From: Marsupella aquatica | Taxonomy: Eukaryota; Plantae; Marchantiophyta | NCBI GenBank assembly: GCA_973895155.1 | Contig: OZ316898.1 | Span: 4,216,480 to 4,280,479 of the forward strand | Reading direction: 5' to 3' | DNA: 64,000 bases | In this document: piece by piece, positions 26,549 to 37,409 of the stretch | Numbering within the stretch: position 1 is the stretch's first letter | Layout: each line of letters opens with the position of its first letter | Position numbers and translations under genes: made by a program | The notes under the pieces: generated by a model | Told to the model about the DNA's origin: nothing | Database searches by the model: none | Seen by the model: the letters and a program-made list of their open reading frames with translations, nothing else

Positions 26549-29500
26549 TGTGGTGCGTCCCATGGCTCCCTAAACCCAAGAAACCCCCCAGCTCAAGCCG
26601 ATTCCCGCAGGTTTCGTGCTTGGCGATGCCGTTTCCGCGGCTTAGCGGCATGGGACGCTGCTAACCTTCTACTACTACTATTAACATTTTACACACATAT
26701 ACTGGACAGATCCTTCATCGGGTCATGAGATACATAGCCGGCCTAATATAGGCCTTCCCCTGTCTTCCCCTGTCTTCCCCTCCGTCTTGTTAGGTATGTT
26801 TGGATTCCGCCGCCGGAATGATCCCCAATAGGCTTGGTTAAGCCGCTAAGACCTCTCTCAGCTCGACACATCCAACTCTCACTCCCCTGCTTACTTTCCT
26901 TCCTTCTGTTGATGTGGGCACTCTTCACACAAGTTAATGCGACACACAAATAGCAAAATGACTCATTCTGACTGAGTCATACCATGCACTTGCCATACAA
27001 ACAGTACATCTCATACACAAGTTCTGCGAACTAAGCCGTGAGGCCAACTCTATTCAGCTCTTAGGCATGAGGAAACATGAATATACACAAGGGTCACTGT
27101 ATGACTAACCGAGAGCTTCTTGTACTACTTGATCCCAGCCCGGCTGGTGCAAACTAAAAACTTGCTAAAGAAGAGGCCCTGAGCTCCCCGCTGCCCAGGT
27201 ACTTATCCTGGTAGTGGATCCGCCATTCTTTGCATTGTAAGCCTAATCTACTTAACAGTAATCTACTTGCCCGAATCTACCTATGTACAGCAAGGCAGGA
27301 GCACAAGTGTTGCTCCTACCAGTGGGACCGCAATCCCACTAAGCTAAGTGTCAGGGCCGCTCCTGGTTCTGATCCTAATCCTAAACGTGGAGATCCGCGC
27401 CCGCCCTGCCCACTCACGCCTCCTCCCTCCACGTCCGCCCTCCCTAAAAGGAACGGCGCCCTTGCACCGTCACGACACCGGTGGTGGATCCTCAATGGAC
27501 GCCCCCAACACTTCCTCCTCAGCCACTGCCGTTGGCCCGCCTACTGACAGATTACCTGCCCTTGACCGAGTCAACTCTCCATCGGCCTGACTGGGTCCAC
27601 CTTCGGCTTCAGCCTCGACACCGGCCTCGGCAATACCCACGGCTTTGGCCTCAGCCACTCCCACGGCTTCGGCTTCAGCCACTCCCTCGGGTAGTTGGAT
27701 CCTTAGCCGTGACCCTGTCTGGGGTCGGTGCTGGGTCTACCTCCTTGATCACCACGGCCTGTGAAGTCGTATTACTCCTTGACCCTGAAGGTTTCCGCTT
27801 CTTCTTCGTTGGTGGCTCGGCAGCTGGTCCCTTCCCCTTCCCACTTACTTCCGGCACTGGTGCAGGTGGCGCGGCTTGTCCTTCGGCAATTACCACCCCT
27901 GGTAACTGGTTTGTCCCAACAGGAGATGGACCTGCTGCAGCTAAGCATTTAAATACTGCGGCTTGTTTCTTCAGCCGCTCTATTTGGTTGTCGGCCCGCC
28001 GCTGTAGGTTCTCCATCTTCCTCATGATTTCCTCCAACTCCTCTTGGGTTTCATCCAGGTCCTTACGTGCCCCCTCCAGCTCATTTTTGGCCTCCTCCTG
28101 CTCCCTGTGGGCTTCCTCCAATTCCTTCTTCAAGGTAGCCCTCTCCTCCTGGGTTGCTCTTAGCTCCTTGTCGAGCTCTGCAATGATGACAGACTCCATC
28201 TGGTTCATCTTGGCGTAAGTCTGTTCGAGCATCTCGTCCTTCTCCCTTAGGTCGGCCTTGAAGCTGGCCGTCAGGGACGCAAGCTCCTGCTGCAACGCCA
28301 TAATCCCTTGATAGGATTTCCCTAACTCGACCTCCTTCTGCTCAAGGGCTCCGCGGATTTTCTCGAGCTCCCCTTTCAACGCCCATTCCTTTCTTTGGGT
28401 CTCCGCCATGGCCCGACTGTTGGCTGTTATGTGGGCCTCCTCTGTATTCTTCAGCTCTTGCTTCCACTTTTCCCTCTCTTTGATCGTGTCGGCCAACTCT
28501 TCCTGCGTCTGAGTCAGTTTATCCTTGATATTCTGATTATCAGCCTGCACGGCGTCCAACTGCCCCTGCATGATGTTCAGCTCATGTCGTTTAATCCGCA
28601 GTTCATCTTGGGCTTTCTTGGCCGCCCTTAGATCTTCAATCTCGGCTCCCATCCTCCTAAGCCGCCGAATGACCTCGTCCTTCTTGCTTCTCTCTAAAGC
28701 CACCGCTTCTTCTAATTGGTGCTTCTCCAACTGCTCCCTATGGAAAAAGGGTCCTACCTCCAACTCCTCTCCAAAGATGCCGAGCGCAAGTTCCCCACAC
28801 ATCTCACCATACTCCATGGCTCTATTCTTAGCGTAGGTGGAGTAAGTAGAAGTGATCGGCATCGCCCATCGTGGCCTCTGCTCCCAAGCCGTCCTGCGGA
28901 TCTCTTCAATCGTGGCTAGAGGTTTGCTTCCTTTTTCGGCTAGCCGCCTGATGTCCTCCGGCCAATCTCCTCCTGGTAAATCCTTTTCCTTAGCCAGGGC
29001 GGCCTCTTCCTCCTGCTTGATTCGCTCCTGAAATTCCTGCACCGTCTGTTTTATGCCGTCGAAGCTCGGGGGAGCAACATCTGGTGGGGGAGACTCAGGG
29101 CTACTCTGCTGGTTGGGGTCCCCTCGCACTACCCTTGGAAGTGTGGGGACAAACCGGCCACAGGTCCTTACTCCTGGAACGTGATGGTCCGACCCATAGC
29201 CGGAATTATCATGGCTGCAGTCCTCCACTGCCTCCTCTACCTCTTGGATTTCCGGCTTCTCCCTCTCCTCTTCCTCGGTAGGAGCTTCAGGCAATTCTGC
29301 CTCAGATTCGGAGCTTGAGGTTCCCACGTACATTCGAACACCTGGCTTGGATTCCGGCCTGATTCTCTCCTTGTCTCCAGCAAAGGGGTTTTCTCTTGTG
29401 AGCCGGTGTAGGCCTACCTCTGTAGTAGTGTCCTGCATTGTTGCCGTTGCCGTTGTTGTTGCCGATGCCGATTTCTTTTCTTTCTCCAGTAGTTTCAGCA

Positions 29501-31185
29501 GACTCTGCATGCCTGGTTGCTGCATCGGCAAGTCTTCCTTCCTGGGCCTAAACACCTGCTCGATCGTAGGACTAACAGGTGGTTGAGGCTTCTCAGCCAA
29601 CGGCCTCGGCGTTGGAGCTTCCTCGGGTGCCCTTACCTGCAGGGGAAGTACCGGGGCAAAAGTCTGACCTCTGGCATACCGGCACAACAGCGGCATGTGA
29701 TAGCCAAGCCGCGACACGCTCCCCATGCCGATTACCTACTGCTCCTCCTTTAAGATCTTCTTCAATTGGTTGAGGAGGTACCCGTTGTAGTCCCGGCTTG
29801 GGTCTGGCCTTTCTGCCAAATAGACCTGTGCCTTGCCGATCTCTGCCCTCGGCAAGTTACAATGCATGGTCACCCGCAAGAAGTCGATCATCTCTCCTAT
29901 GTGCGGGTTGGTGCAGGTGTTCCGGAAGAAGCCATTCTTCGTTGATGGCCCGGGGAACGACCGGAACTCCTTGTCAGGCAAGGTCTTCCTGGTATCAACT
30001 TTGGTCTTATTGCCCATCGGCAAGCCAAACACTTCGGCAATCACCTTGGGAGTAAGATAGAAATCCTTCCCATATATCCTCGTGCAATTGGTCTCGGGTT
30101 CCCATGACCCCACGAATTCTAATAGGTCTGACTCCGGTACCTCCGGCTTCAGCCATGGTAATCTTACAAAGGCCTCCAAGCCGGATCCGGCCATGAAGCC
30201 TTGGTACTTCTTGGTCTGCATGGCCGTAAAGCATGCATCCTCCTCCCGTGCAAAATGTAGTTGCACCTCCACCGGTAGGGTTGCCGCCCAGCCCTTCCAG
30301 GTGTCATCCCTGGTTGGAATGGCCTTGATGGGATCGACCTCCTCCTCTTCGGCTTCTCCCTGCCTCCTGCTCTGCTGCTCGGCTGGCTTCTTTGGTGCCG
30401 CCGACCTCGTTCTTTTTGCCGGGGTGGCTTCATCGTTGACGGCTCCCTTCCTCTTCATCTCTGCTGCCGTGGAGGTTTCTCCTAGCACCGTTGCCTGGGT
30501 CCACCTTTCCGTGCTACCCTTTAATTCCCAGTGTATGTCGTTGCAGTTCTTGATGGCCTCTCGGATGCCGACGACGCTGTCTTTGCAAAACAGAAGATCG
30601 TCGAGTTGATTGGAAGTAGGCGTCCACAGGAACTCGTCCTTGATGAGTTCGCCTCCTAAGAAAGCCGTCTTCTGCAGCTCCCACAATCGAGCGAGCTCCT
30701 GCCATTCTCGAGCTGCCCTTTCTGACTCCTCGTCCTCGTAAGTCTTGATGTACTCAGTTGCCCGTTCGAACAGGCATCCCCAGAAATGTGCCGCTTGATT
30801 GACGTTGCTCATACCCTCCTTAGGTTGATCGTCGGTATCTACTCTCTCCCCGAGTGCTTGCCTAAGCAGCTGACAGTAGTTGGCCTCCCGTAGTCGTCTG
30901 CCTAGTTCGTGCTCGCAAATGAGCCACCATCTCCTGCAAGCGCTCCTTACCCCTCTCCTCTGCCGGTCCTTCTTCCCGTTGATCCTTCCTAGCCGCCGAC
31001 GCTTAACGCGCCCTAACCCTAATCGGGTTTTCACCCTCAGCCTTACCTCCGGCCTCTGCCCGGGTTCCATGGTTGCCCCTAATTGTTTATATTTTCCTTG
31101 TTTTGTCACTATACTAAGGTGTTCCTAGGGTGCCTTCCTGCTTTACCCACTTAACCGGCCGAGTGATTCCTGTCTAGGCATCACA
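26549..31185 (-). repeat. 3' LTR of A1 (4637 bp)
   Basis: Sense TGTGATG..CACCACA; duplicate of 37410-42046. Confidence 0.97.
27470..31109 (-). pseudogene. LTR-encoded ORF (~1200 codons), one in-frame TAG (29736-29738) and a late frameshift (~27680)
   Basis: 457-aa and 683-aa ORFs are in one frame; first ATG ~31070; core LEAFVRLPW..LLEFVGSW..VYGKDFYLTP..VFGLP; long coiled coil; KKKRK. Confidence 0.88.
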
Positions 31186-31200
31186 TAGCTCCCCACTTAA
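31186..31200 (-). promoter_or_regulatory. Polypurine tract overlapping the integrase C-terminus
   Basis: AAGTGGGGAGCTA directly before the LTR TG; the integrase stop lies inside the LTR (31174). Confidence 0.75.
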
Positions 31201-34200
31201 TTGTGAAGCGTCCTCGCGAACAACTTCATCTTCGTCCATATAGTATTTCTTGAGGCGGTCATAATGGATGCGAACTGGATATACCTCTCCCGTAATGTTG
31301 GCCAATTGCACGGAGCCATTGGGGAACATCATGGTTACTCTAAAGGGTCCTAACCAGCGAGTGTAAAGCTTTCCTGGAAACCTACTATACCTACTGTCAT
31401 AAAGTAGCACAAGATCACCGGTATGAATACTAACTACTTTTAACCTTTTATCATACTGCTGCTTCATGATATTCTGTCTATATTCTACTCTCTCGGCTGA
31501 AATCATTCTCGCTTCCTCTAAAGCTTCTAACCTATATTCTCGCTCCTTTAGGCTCTCCTCCGCTCAGGCTCTTTCCTCAATTGTAACTTGAAATGTCGGT
31601 ATCTCAAGTTGCATGGGTACCAAGGCTTCTTGTCCAAAGGTTAAGAAGAACGGTGTATGACCGGTAGTGGATTTATAGGCCAGATTGTAAGCAAAAACAG
31701 CAGCAAACAATTTATCATCCCAATCGAGTTTGTTCTGAGCTACTGTCTTGTTCAATATCTTTCCTATGATTCCGTTTGCTCGTTCTGTCAACCCGTTTGC
31801 CTTTGGATGGTAGGGAGTAGTAGGCCTATGTTTAACTAAATACTGCTTATTTAAACGACTAATTATATCATTCAAAAAATGGGTTCCTCTATCACTAACT
31901 AATTCTAGGGGTGCTCCATACCTGGTGAAGATCTGCTCATACATGAATCTAGCCGTAGTAATTGTATCATCCTTCGTTGTTGGTCTGGCCTCTACCCATT
32001 TAGTTGCATAATCCGTAGCCAGGATTATGTACTTGTTCCGTCGAGGGTGGGTCAGTGGTTTCAGAGGTCCAATGTAATCAATACCCCACTTCTCGAATGG
32101 TGCTAGAGGTAGAATAGGGTGCAGTGGATGCCTGGTGGACGCCCTTGGTCCTCCCGCTCGTTGACAAGGATCGCATTGTTTGATAAACTGATAGACATCT
32201 TTGTGCAAGGTGGGCCACCAGTAACCGGCATTTAATATCTTCTTAGACGTGGTTACTGGGGCAAAATGTCCTCCGGCCTCCTCTCCATGCATGGCCCGTA
32301 GGACTCATTTTACCTCTCTCTTCTCCAAACACCTTTGAATCGTGCCGTTGATTCCATGCTTGTGCAGTATGCCTTTAATGCACTGATACTGTCTGACCTT
32401 CCGCACAAAGACTGCGGCTTGCTCTCGGCTTAATCCTGGCTATAATCTGGAAGTGCTGAGAAATTGTAAAATCTCAGGGTACCATGTACCAGCTATTTCC
32501 ACAACGAATAGCTCCTCGTCGGGGAATCGATCATCAATGCAATCCGTGGCAGGTTTACCTGTGATCCTTGAAAAGAAGTCGGCGTTGGCATGTAACTTTC
32601 CTGGCTTGATCCTCAGCTCATAGTCAAACTCCTGTAATAGCAAAATCCATCTTGCTACTCTGCCTGTAAGGTCCGGCTTATTGACTAGGTACTTCAAACT
32701 TTCATGATCAGTATGAAAGATTACCTTGTACCCTAGTAAATAATGCCTAAACTTTTTACAAGAATAAATGACTCCTAATGCTTCTCTTTCCGTGGTAGAG
32801 TAGTTCCGTTCGGCATCGGCAAGCTGACGGCTTGCGAAGTATATGGGATGGTCCCTTCCTTTCTCATCCAACTGACTTAGTACTGAGCCAATACAGAAGC
32901 CCAAGACATCTACAAAAACATGAAAATCTTTGTTCCAGTCCGGTGCTATCATGACTGGGGCCTCTACTAACATCTGCTTCAATTCTACCACCGCTGTGAC
33001 TCGTTCGGGTGTGGGTTCGAAGTCTGCTCCTGCCTTGAGCATATTGGTTAATGGTAAAGCCAGCTTGGCAAAATCCTTGATGAACCGGCGATAGTAACCA
33101 ATGCATCCCAAGAAGGATCTTACATCCTTTATGTTCTTAGGTTGCATGATATCTAGCCATACTGCTAGCTTACCTTTGTCAATCTCAATGCCCTTCCTTG
33201 ATACCTTGTGACCTAGTAGCACCCCCTCGGTTACTGCAAAAAAACATTTATCTGGGTGTAACTTGAGACCCACCTCTCTACATCTCATGAAGGTTTTCCT
33301 GAGGTATTTAGCATGTTTCGATGCCTTCCCGAATACTGCAAAGTCATCAATGAAGATTTCCATGAACTTTCTCAAGTAATCATGAAAAATGTTCACCATT
33401 AATCGTTGGAACATAGCTGGTGCGTTGCAGAGTCCAAACGACATACGATTGAAGACATAGATCCCCCATTCCGTGATGAAGGCCGTCTTGATTTGGTCTT
33501 CCTGCCGAATCCTGATTTGGTTATAACCAGAGTATCCATCCATGAATGAATATAGTTCATGACTGGCTACCATGTCTAGTACCATATCAATAAACGGTAA
33601 AGGAAAATGGTCTTTTAATGTTGCTTCATTCAGCTTCCTGTAATCCTGACAAACCCGGATCTTGGGTTTACCATCGGGTCCAGCTTTCTTGGGAACTATC
33701 ACAATTGGAGACACCCAGTCTGAATGCAGGACTGGAGTGATGAATCCAGCTTCCACTAGTTTGTCGATTTCTGTTTTGACCAGCAGGGAATACTTCGGGT
33801 TCATCCTTCGAATTGGTTGTCGAAATGATTTGGCTCCTAACATGAGATCAATTCGATGTTCCCCTAGTGTTGGATCTACTCCCTTTAGATCTTGGTGACT
33901 CCATGCAAACACATCCTGAAATTCAATCAATAAGTCACTGATCTCTTTCTCGAGCTCAGGTGCTAGGTTTCTCCCTAAGTTCAGTTCTCTTCCCTCTCCT
34001 AAGTCGAGCTTCCGATATTGCCGTGCTTGGATCATATTAATCTGCTTCTTCAAATTCGGGTCCAGTTCGGCTTCCAGTCTCTCTAATCTCATACCTCCAT
34101 AAACTGGGATCTCGGCTGGACTAGCCGAGTCGGTCCCTTCCTTGGTGTCCATAGATTGTCCCCTTACCGGTCTATTCGGTTTTGAATTAGTGGTCGGCTC

Positions 34201-34346
34201 CCCTTCCTGCCTTGGCTCTGGATCGTGTCTGTCCATCTCATCCACCTCTTGCTCCTGAGAGTTAGGCCGCTGTGCTCTCTCGGCTTCTAATAGGGCCTCA
34301 ATTTGTTCTGCCCTCGTAATCGGCTTGTATGCCGATCCCTTGGTAT

Positions 34347-37340
34347 TTAATTCCTTGCCGATGATCGATGGCGTTGTGGACCCCGTCGGCTCTGCCACAA
34401 CGCCTGCAGAAAATCCACTGTCCCTGCTACTGCTCCCCACTTAGCCATTTCATCCAATTGGTCTACATCCTTAACTTCCTCCGGAATTGCAGCTAAAAAG
34501 GTGGATTCTATTGTAAAGCAGTCCTCGACCTCTTCGTCTTCTTCTTCCAAGTCACCTTCCATTGGTTCTTGCCATAATCCGCTGGGGGGTACCTCTGGTC
34601 CAAAGACACCTTCTTCGGTTAGGTTAGTGAGGCATTCTAACCAACGTACTTCATCGGCTGACTCCAGTCCACTGTCGTACCCATCTACTTCCCTTATGCT
34701 TTTCCTACGGTCATCCTTAGTGTCCCAGGATACCGTGATAGAGGGGGTCCCGAAAGTGAACTGCTTTTTACCCCAATCTTCTATTACCTCGGCTAGGTAC
34801 AGCCATGGCCTACCAATCAATAGCCGGAATGACGTAGGATTTACCGGCTTCATTACTACATAGTTAATGCTAAAGAAGATACCTCCTATCTCTGTCTTGA
34901 TGCCGGTTAACACTCCCGTCGGAATGACCTGATATCCATTGGCCATGTTCAACACTCTTCCAGTCATCTCCGGTGTTAGACCCCACCCTTTTGCTGTTGA
35001 ATCAATCATAATACATACCCCTGATCCTCCATCGATGGGTACCCGTAGTAATAATTCTCCTTGAATCATTAATGGTAATGCTGGGGCTCCTTGATCTTCT
35101 TCTATCATTAGTACGTCGGATCTGGTTGCTACCTTGGGTAATCTCGGCTTGCCGAGAATAGCCTTCCTTAATTGCTTCCGGAAGTACGGGCTATTTTTCA
35201 ATAGTTGACCTACTGTTGCCGAGACTCTAGATTCTAGTACATCTTTAGCCAGGTCATAGGGAACAATCGGCTTCTCTTCTGGTGGTGTTTCCGTCTTGGA
35301 TTCGGCCAGTTTTGCCACGCTAGTCTCCACAGCTGTTGGGTCTTCCGAAGCAAACAATGCTTTTGCTCGTTTTACATCCTTGGCAATGGCTTCGGTATTC
35401 TCCAGGGTTTCTAATTCTCTTAGTTGTTCCTTAACACTAGCCGTAACAGAGGGGTAGAACAACTTAGGATGATCTCGATTGAAGTCGCTATCTTGTGAAG
35501 GATTGGTTTCACTGGTGGGCTCATGGCTTACCTGTATTGCCGGAGCCCTCCCTTCTCCTTCTGTTGATGTTGACGAAGAGTCGATCCTTTCCTCCGTAAC
35601 CTTCCCTTTATTTTTGGCCAGCCCATCCCACCTTTCCTTCCTTCTGGTAGATCGAGTAGAGACCCGGTAGCAATCATGATCTAAATCCTCCTCTGAGAAG
35701 GTTGATAGGGCTTCGGCCTCATCATCAGATGGTACGAACTCTGCCTCGGCATCCTCTTGCCATCCTAGTTCGATGTGGTTGATTTGAACTCCTCCGGGGG
35801 TAGTACCTGGCGGTAAGATCTTGATCGGCAAAAGCTTATGATTTGCGGCCAGGCCTGCCAACCAAGTAGGACATTGCCCTAGCATATGACCTTCCTGTCG
35901 GCATCCCATACATAGCTGAGCTGGTTGTCCATCACCCTGTTTGCGTGCATTCGGGCATTCTCTAGCAAAATGGCCAGGTTGACCACAATTATAGCACGCC
36001 GCAAATCTTTGCACATTCGGCCTAGGAGGTACTGACGGGTTCTGAATAATCCGAGGATACATCTCTCCTGGATTGTTCCTTAACCCTGACCACAGAGATG
36101 CAGGTCTGTTGGATAGGTCTCGTGCTCCAGTCTCACTGATGCCGAAAACACTATCAGCGGCATCTCCCAAAAAGTACTCTACTTCTCCCTGACATGGTCT
36201 GATCTCGGCCACATGCCGAACATGATTAGTATTAAGCTTAGGACACGCATCTTTATGGTGTCCGGTTTTATAACATAAGGCACACCATACAGAGCTATCC
36301 TCCTGTACTACCTTCTTCTTTGGTTTTACCTCTGCAATGATAGCCTTAAGTTGCTCGGTAAGGGCTACGATGTTATCTGGTGGCTTAGCCTCCATCTTGA
36401 CTTTCGTCTTCCCTCTCCTTCTGCCCTTCCTTTTCCTAGTTTTTTCTTCTTCAGAACTAGAAGATGACTCACTCTTGCTACTCCCACTATCCGAGCTTGA
36501 CTTATCACTTCTAGACTTCTTGGAATGTTTCTTCTTCTTATCTTTTTTCTTATGGGGTGATCCCTCCTCTGATGAGGAACTCTCAGACTTAAGCTGTTTC
36601 TTCCGGCTTGTGATATCTGCATTAATGTATAATTGAATATCCTTAATTGCTTCGGCTAAAGTCTCCGGGTTCTCCTTCCTAATTGCAAAACTCATCTTCT
36701 GTGGCAAAGCATTCACCAACCATTGAAGTTGCATACCTTCAGATGCATTGGTCTTTGTACGTCTTACCAGTTTCTGAAAGCGTTGCAAGAACTTCCTGAA
36801 GGATTTGTTCTCCTTGAACCGAAGTTGTCCCAACTTCAGCACTGCTAGTTCTGAAGTTCCAATGGGTCGAAACTCCTTAACAAAGAGTGTTTTGAAGATA
36901 TCCCAGATGGCTTGATCTTCCACATCTAATGCTCTGTACCAAGGCCTAGCCTCACCCTTGAACAGGCCGGGAAGAATCTGCATCTTGATGGCCGATTCTC
37001 CATTTGCTGCAGCGGTTCCCTCGAAATCATCCAACCATTCGTCCGGATCCTCATCTCCTCTCCCATGAAATGCCTTGTAATGTATGCGCGACCGCTGGCT
37101 CAATCTGGTCCCTGGCCTCTCGTCTGGCCGTGCCTCTGGTTCCCCCATGTCGGTTGGAGACTCACTTCTCCTTACCGACTCTTCTTCTGGTATGTCTTCT
37201 TCGACGCCACTTCCAGTTTCGGAGCTACCAGCTCTTTCTGCCCCTCTTAGTCGCTGTGTATCATGCCACCCGGCGAGCTGCTGCAGTCGAGCTCTCTCCC
37301 GTTGAATCACTCTTTCTTCCCTCGGCGTAAGGTCAGTCAT
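34347..37340 (-). CDS. gag: Gypsy gag-protease polyprotein (997 aa, intact)
   Basis: EDPDEWLDDFE gag motif; three CCHC knuckles; protease VPIDGGSG..LLIGRPW. Confidence 0.93.
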   Translation of the reverse strand: MTDLTPREERVIQRERARLQQLAGWHDTQRLRGAERAGSSETGSGVEEDIPEEESVRRSESPTDMGEPEARPDERPGTRLSQRSRIHYKAFHGRGDEDPDEWLDDFEGTAAANGESAIKMQILPGLFKGEARPWYRALDVEDQAIWDIFKTLFVKEFRPIGTSELAVLKLGQLRFKENKSFRKFLQRFQKLVRRTKTNASEGMQLQWLVNALPQKMSFAIRKENPETLAEAIKDIQLYINADITSRKKQLKSESSSSEEGSPHKKKDKKKKHSKKSRSDKSSSDSGSSKSESSSSSEEEKTRKRKGRRRGKTKVKMEAKPPDNIVALTEQLKAIIAEVKPKKKVVQEDSSVWCALCYKTGHHKDACPKLNTNHVRHVAEIRPCQGEVEYFLGDAADSVFGISETGARDLSNRPASLWSGLRNNPGEMYPRIIQNPSVPPRPNVQRFAACYNCGQPGHFARECPNARKQGDGQPAQLCMGCRQEGHMLGQCPTWLAGLAANHKLLPIKILPPGTTPGGVQINHIELGWQEDAEAEFVPSDDEAEALSTFSEEDLDHDCYRVSTRSTRRKERWDGLAKNKGKVTEERIDSSSTSTEGEGRAPAIQVSHEPTSETNPSQDSDFNRDHPKLFYPSVTASVKEQLRELETLENTEAIAKDVKRAKALFASEDPTAVETSVAKLAESKTETPPEEKPIVPYDLAKDVLESRVSATVGQLLKNSPYFRKQLRKAILGKPRLPKVATRSDVLMIEEDQGAPALPLMIQGELLLRVPIDGGSGVCIMIDSTAKGWGLTPEMTGRVLNMANGYQVIPTGVLTGIKTEIGGIFFSINYVVMKPVNPTSFRLLIGRPWLYLAEVIEDWGKKQFTFGTPSITVSWDTKDDRRKSIREVDGYDSGLESADEVRWLECLTNLTEEGVFGPEVPPSGLWQEPMEGDLEEEDEEVEDCFTIESTFLAAIPEEVKDVDQLDEMAKWGAVAGTVDFLQALWQSRRGPQRHRSSARN
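34357..34416 (-). promoter_or_regulatory. Candidate -1 ribosomal frameshift signal
   Basis: G_GAT_TTT, 5-nt spacer, 10-bp stem GGCGTTGTGG/CCACAACGCC, loop GCCGA able to pair with downstream TCGGC; conserved at 13314-13373. Confidence 0.72.
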
Positions 37341-37386
37341 TACCTACGCTTCCGTTCTAACTTCATATCTCACGGCTTAAGAAATG

Positions 37387-37405
37387 CCCCCTCCATCTAG
37401 CGCCA
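37387..37405 (-). promoter_or_regulatory. Primer binding site
   Basis: TGGCGCTAGATGGAGGGGG, 4 nt from the 5' LTR; identical in A2. Confidence 0.82.
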
Positions 37406-37409
37406 AAAA

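Larger units (their letters stand above)
31174..34440 (-). pseudogene. pol: Gypsy RT-RNase H-integrase, three in-frame stops in the integrase region
   Basis: [56 protein letters not shown]; stops at 32440, 32305 and 31564. Confidence 0.95.

Noticed and set aside
27481-28218. Antisense ORFs over the LTR ORFs and gag (for example 245 aa, 175 aa)
   Set aside because: Shadow frames of GC-rich or coiled-coil coding sequence; no motifs
27675-29726. Host SMC, myosin or env gene
   Set aside because: Only a generic coiled coil; no ATPase motifs, signal peptide or transmembrane segment; lies inside an LTR
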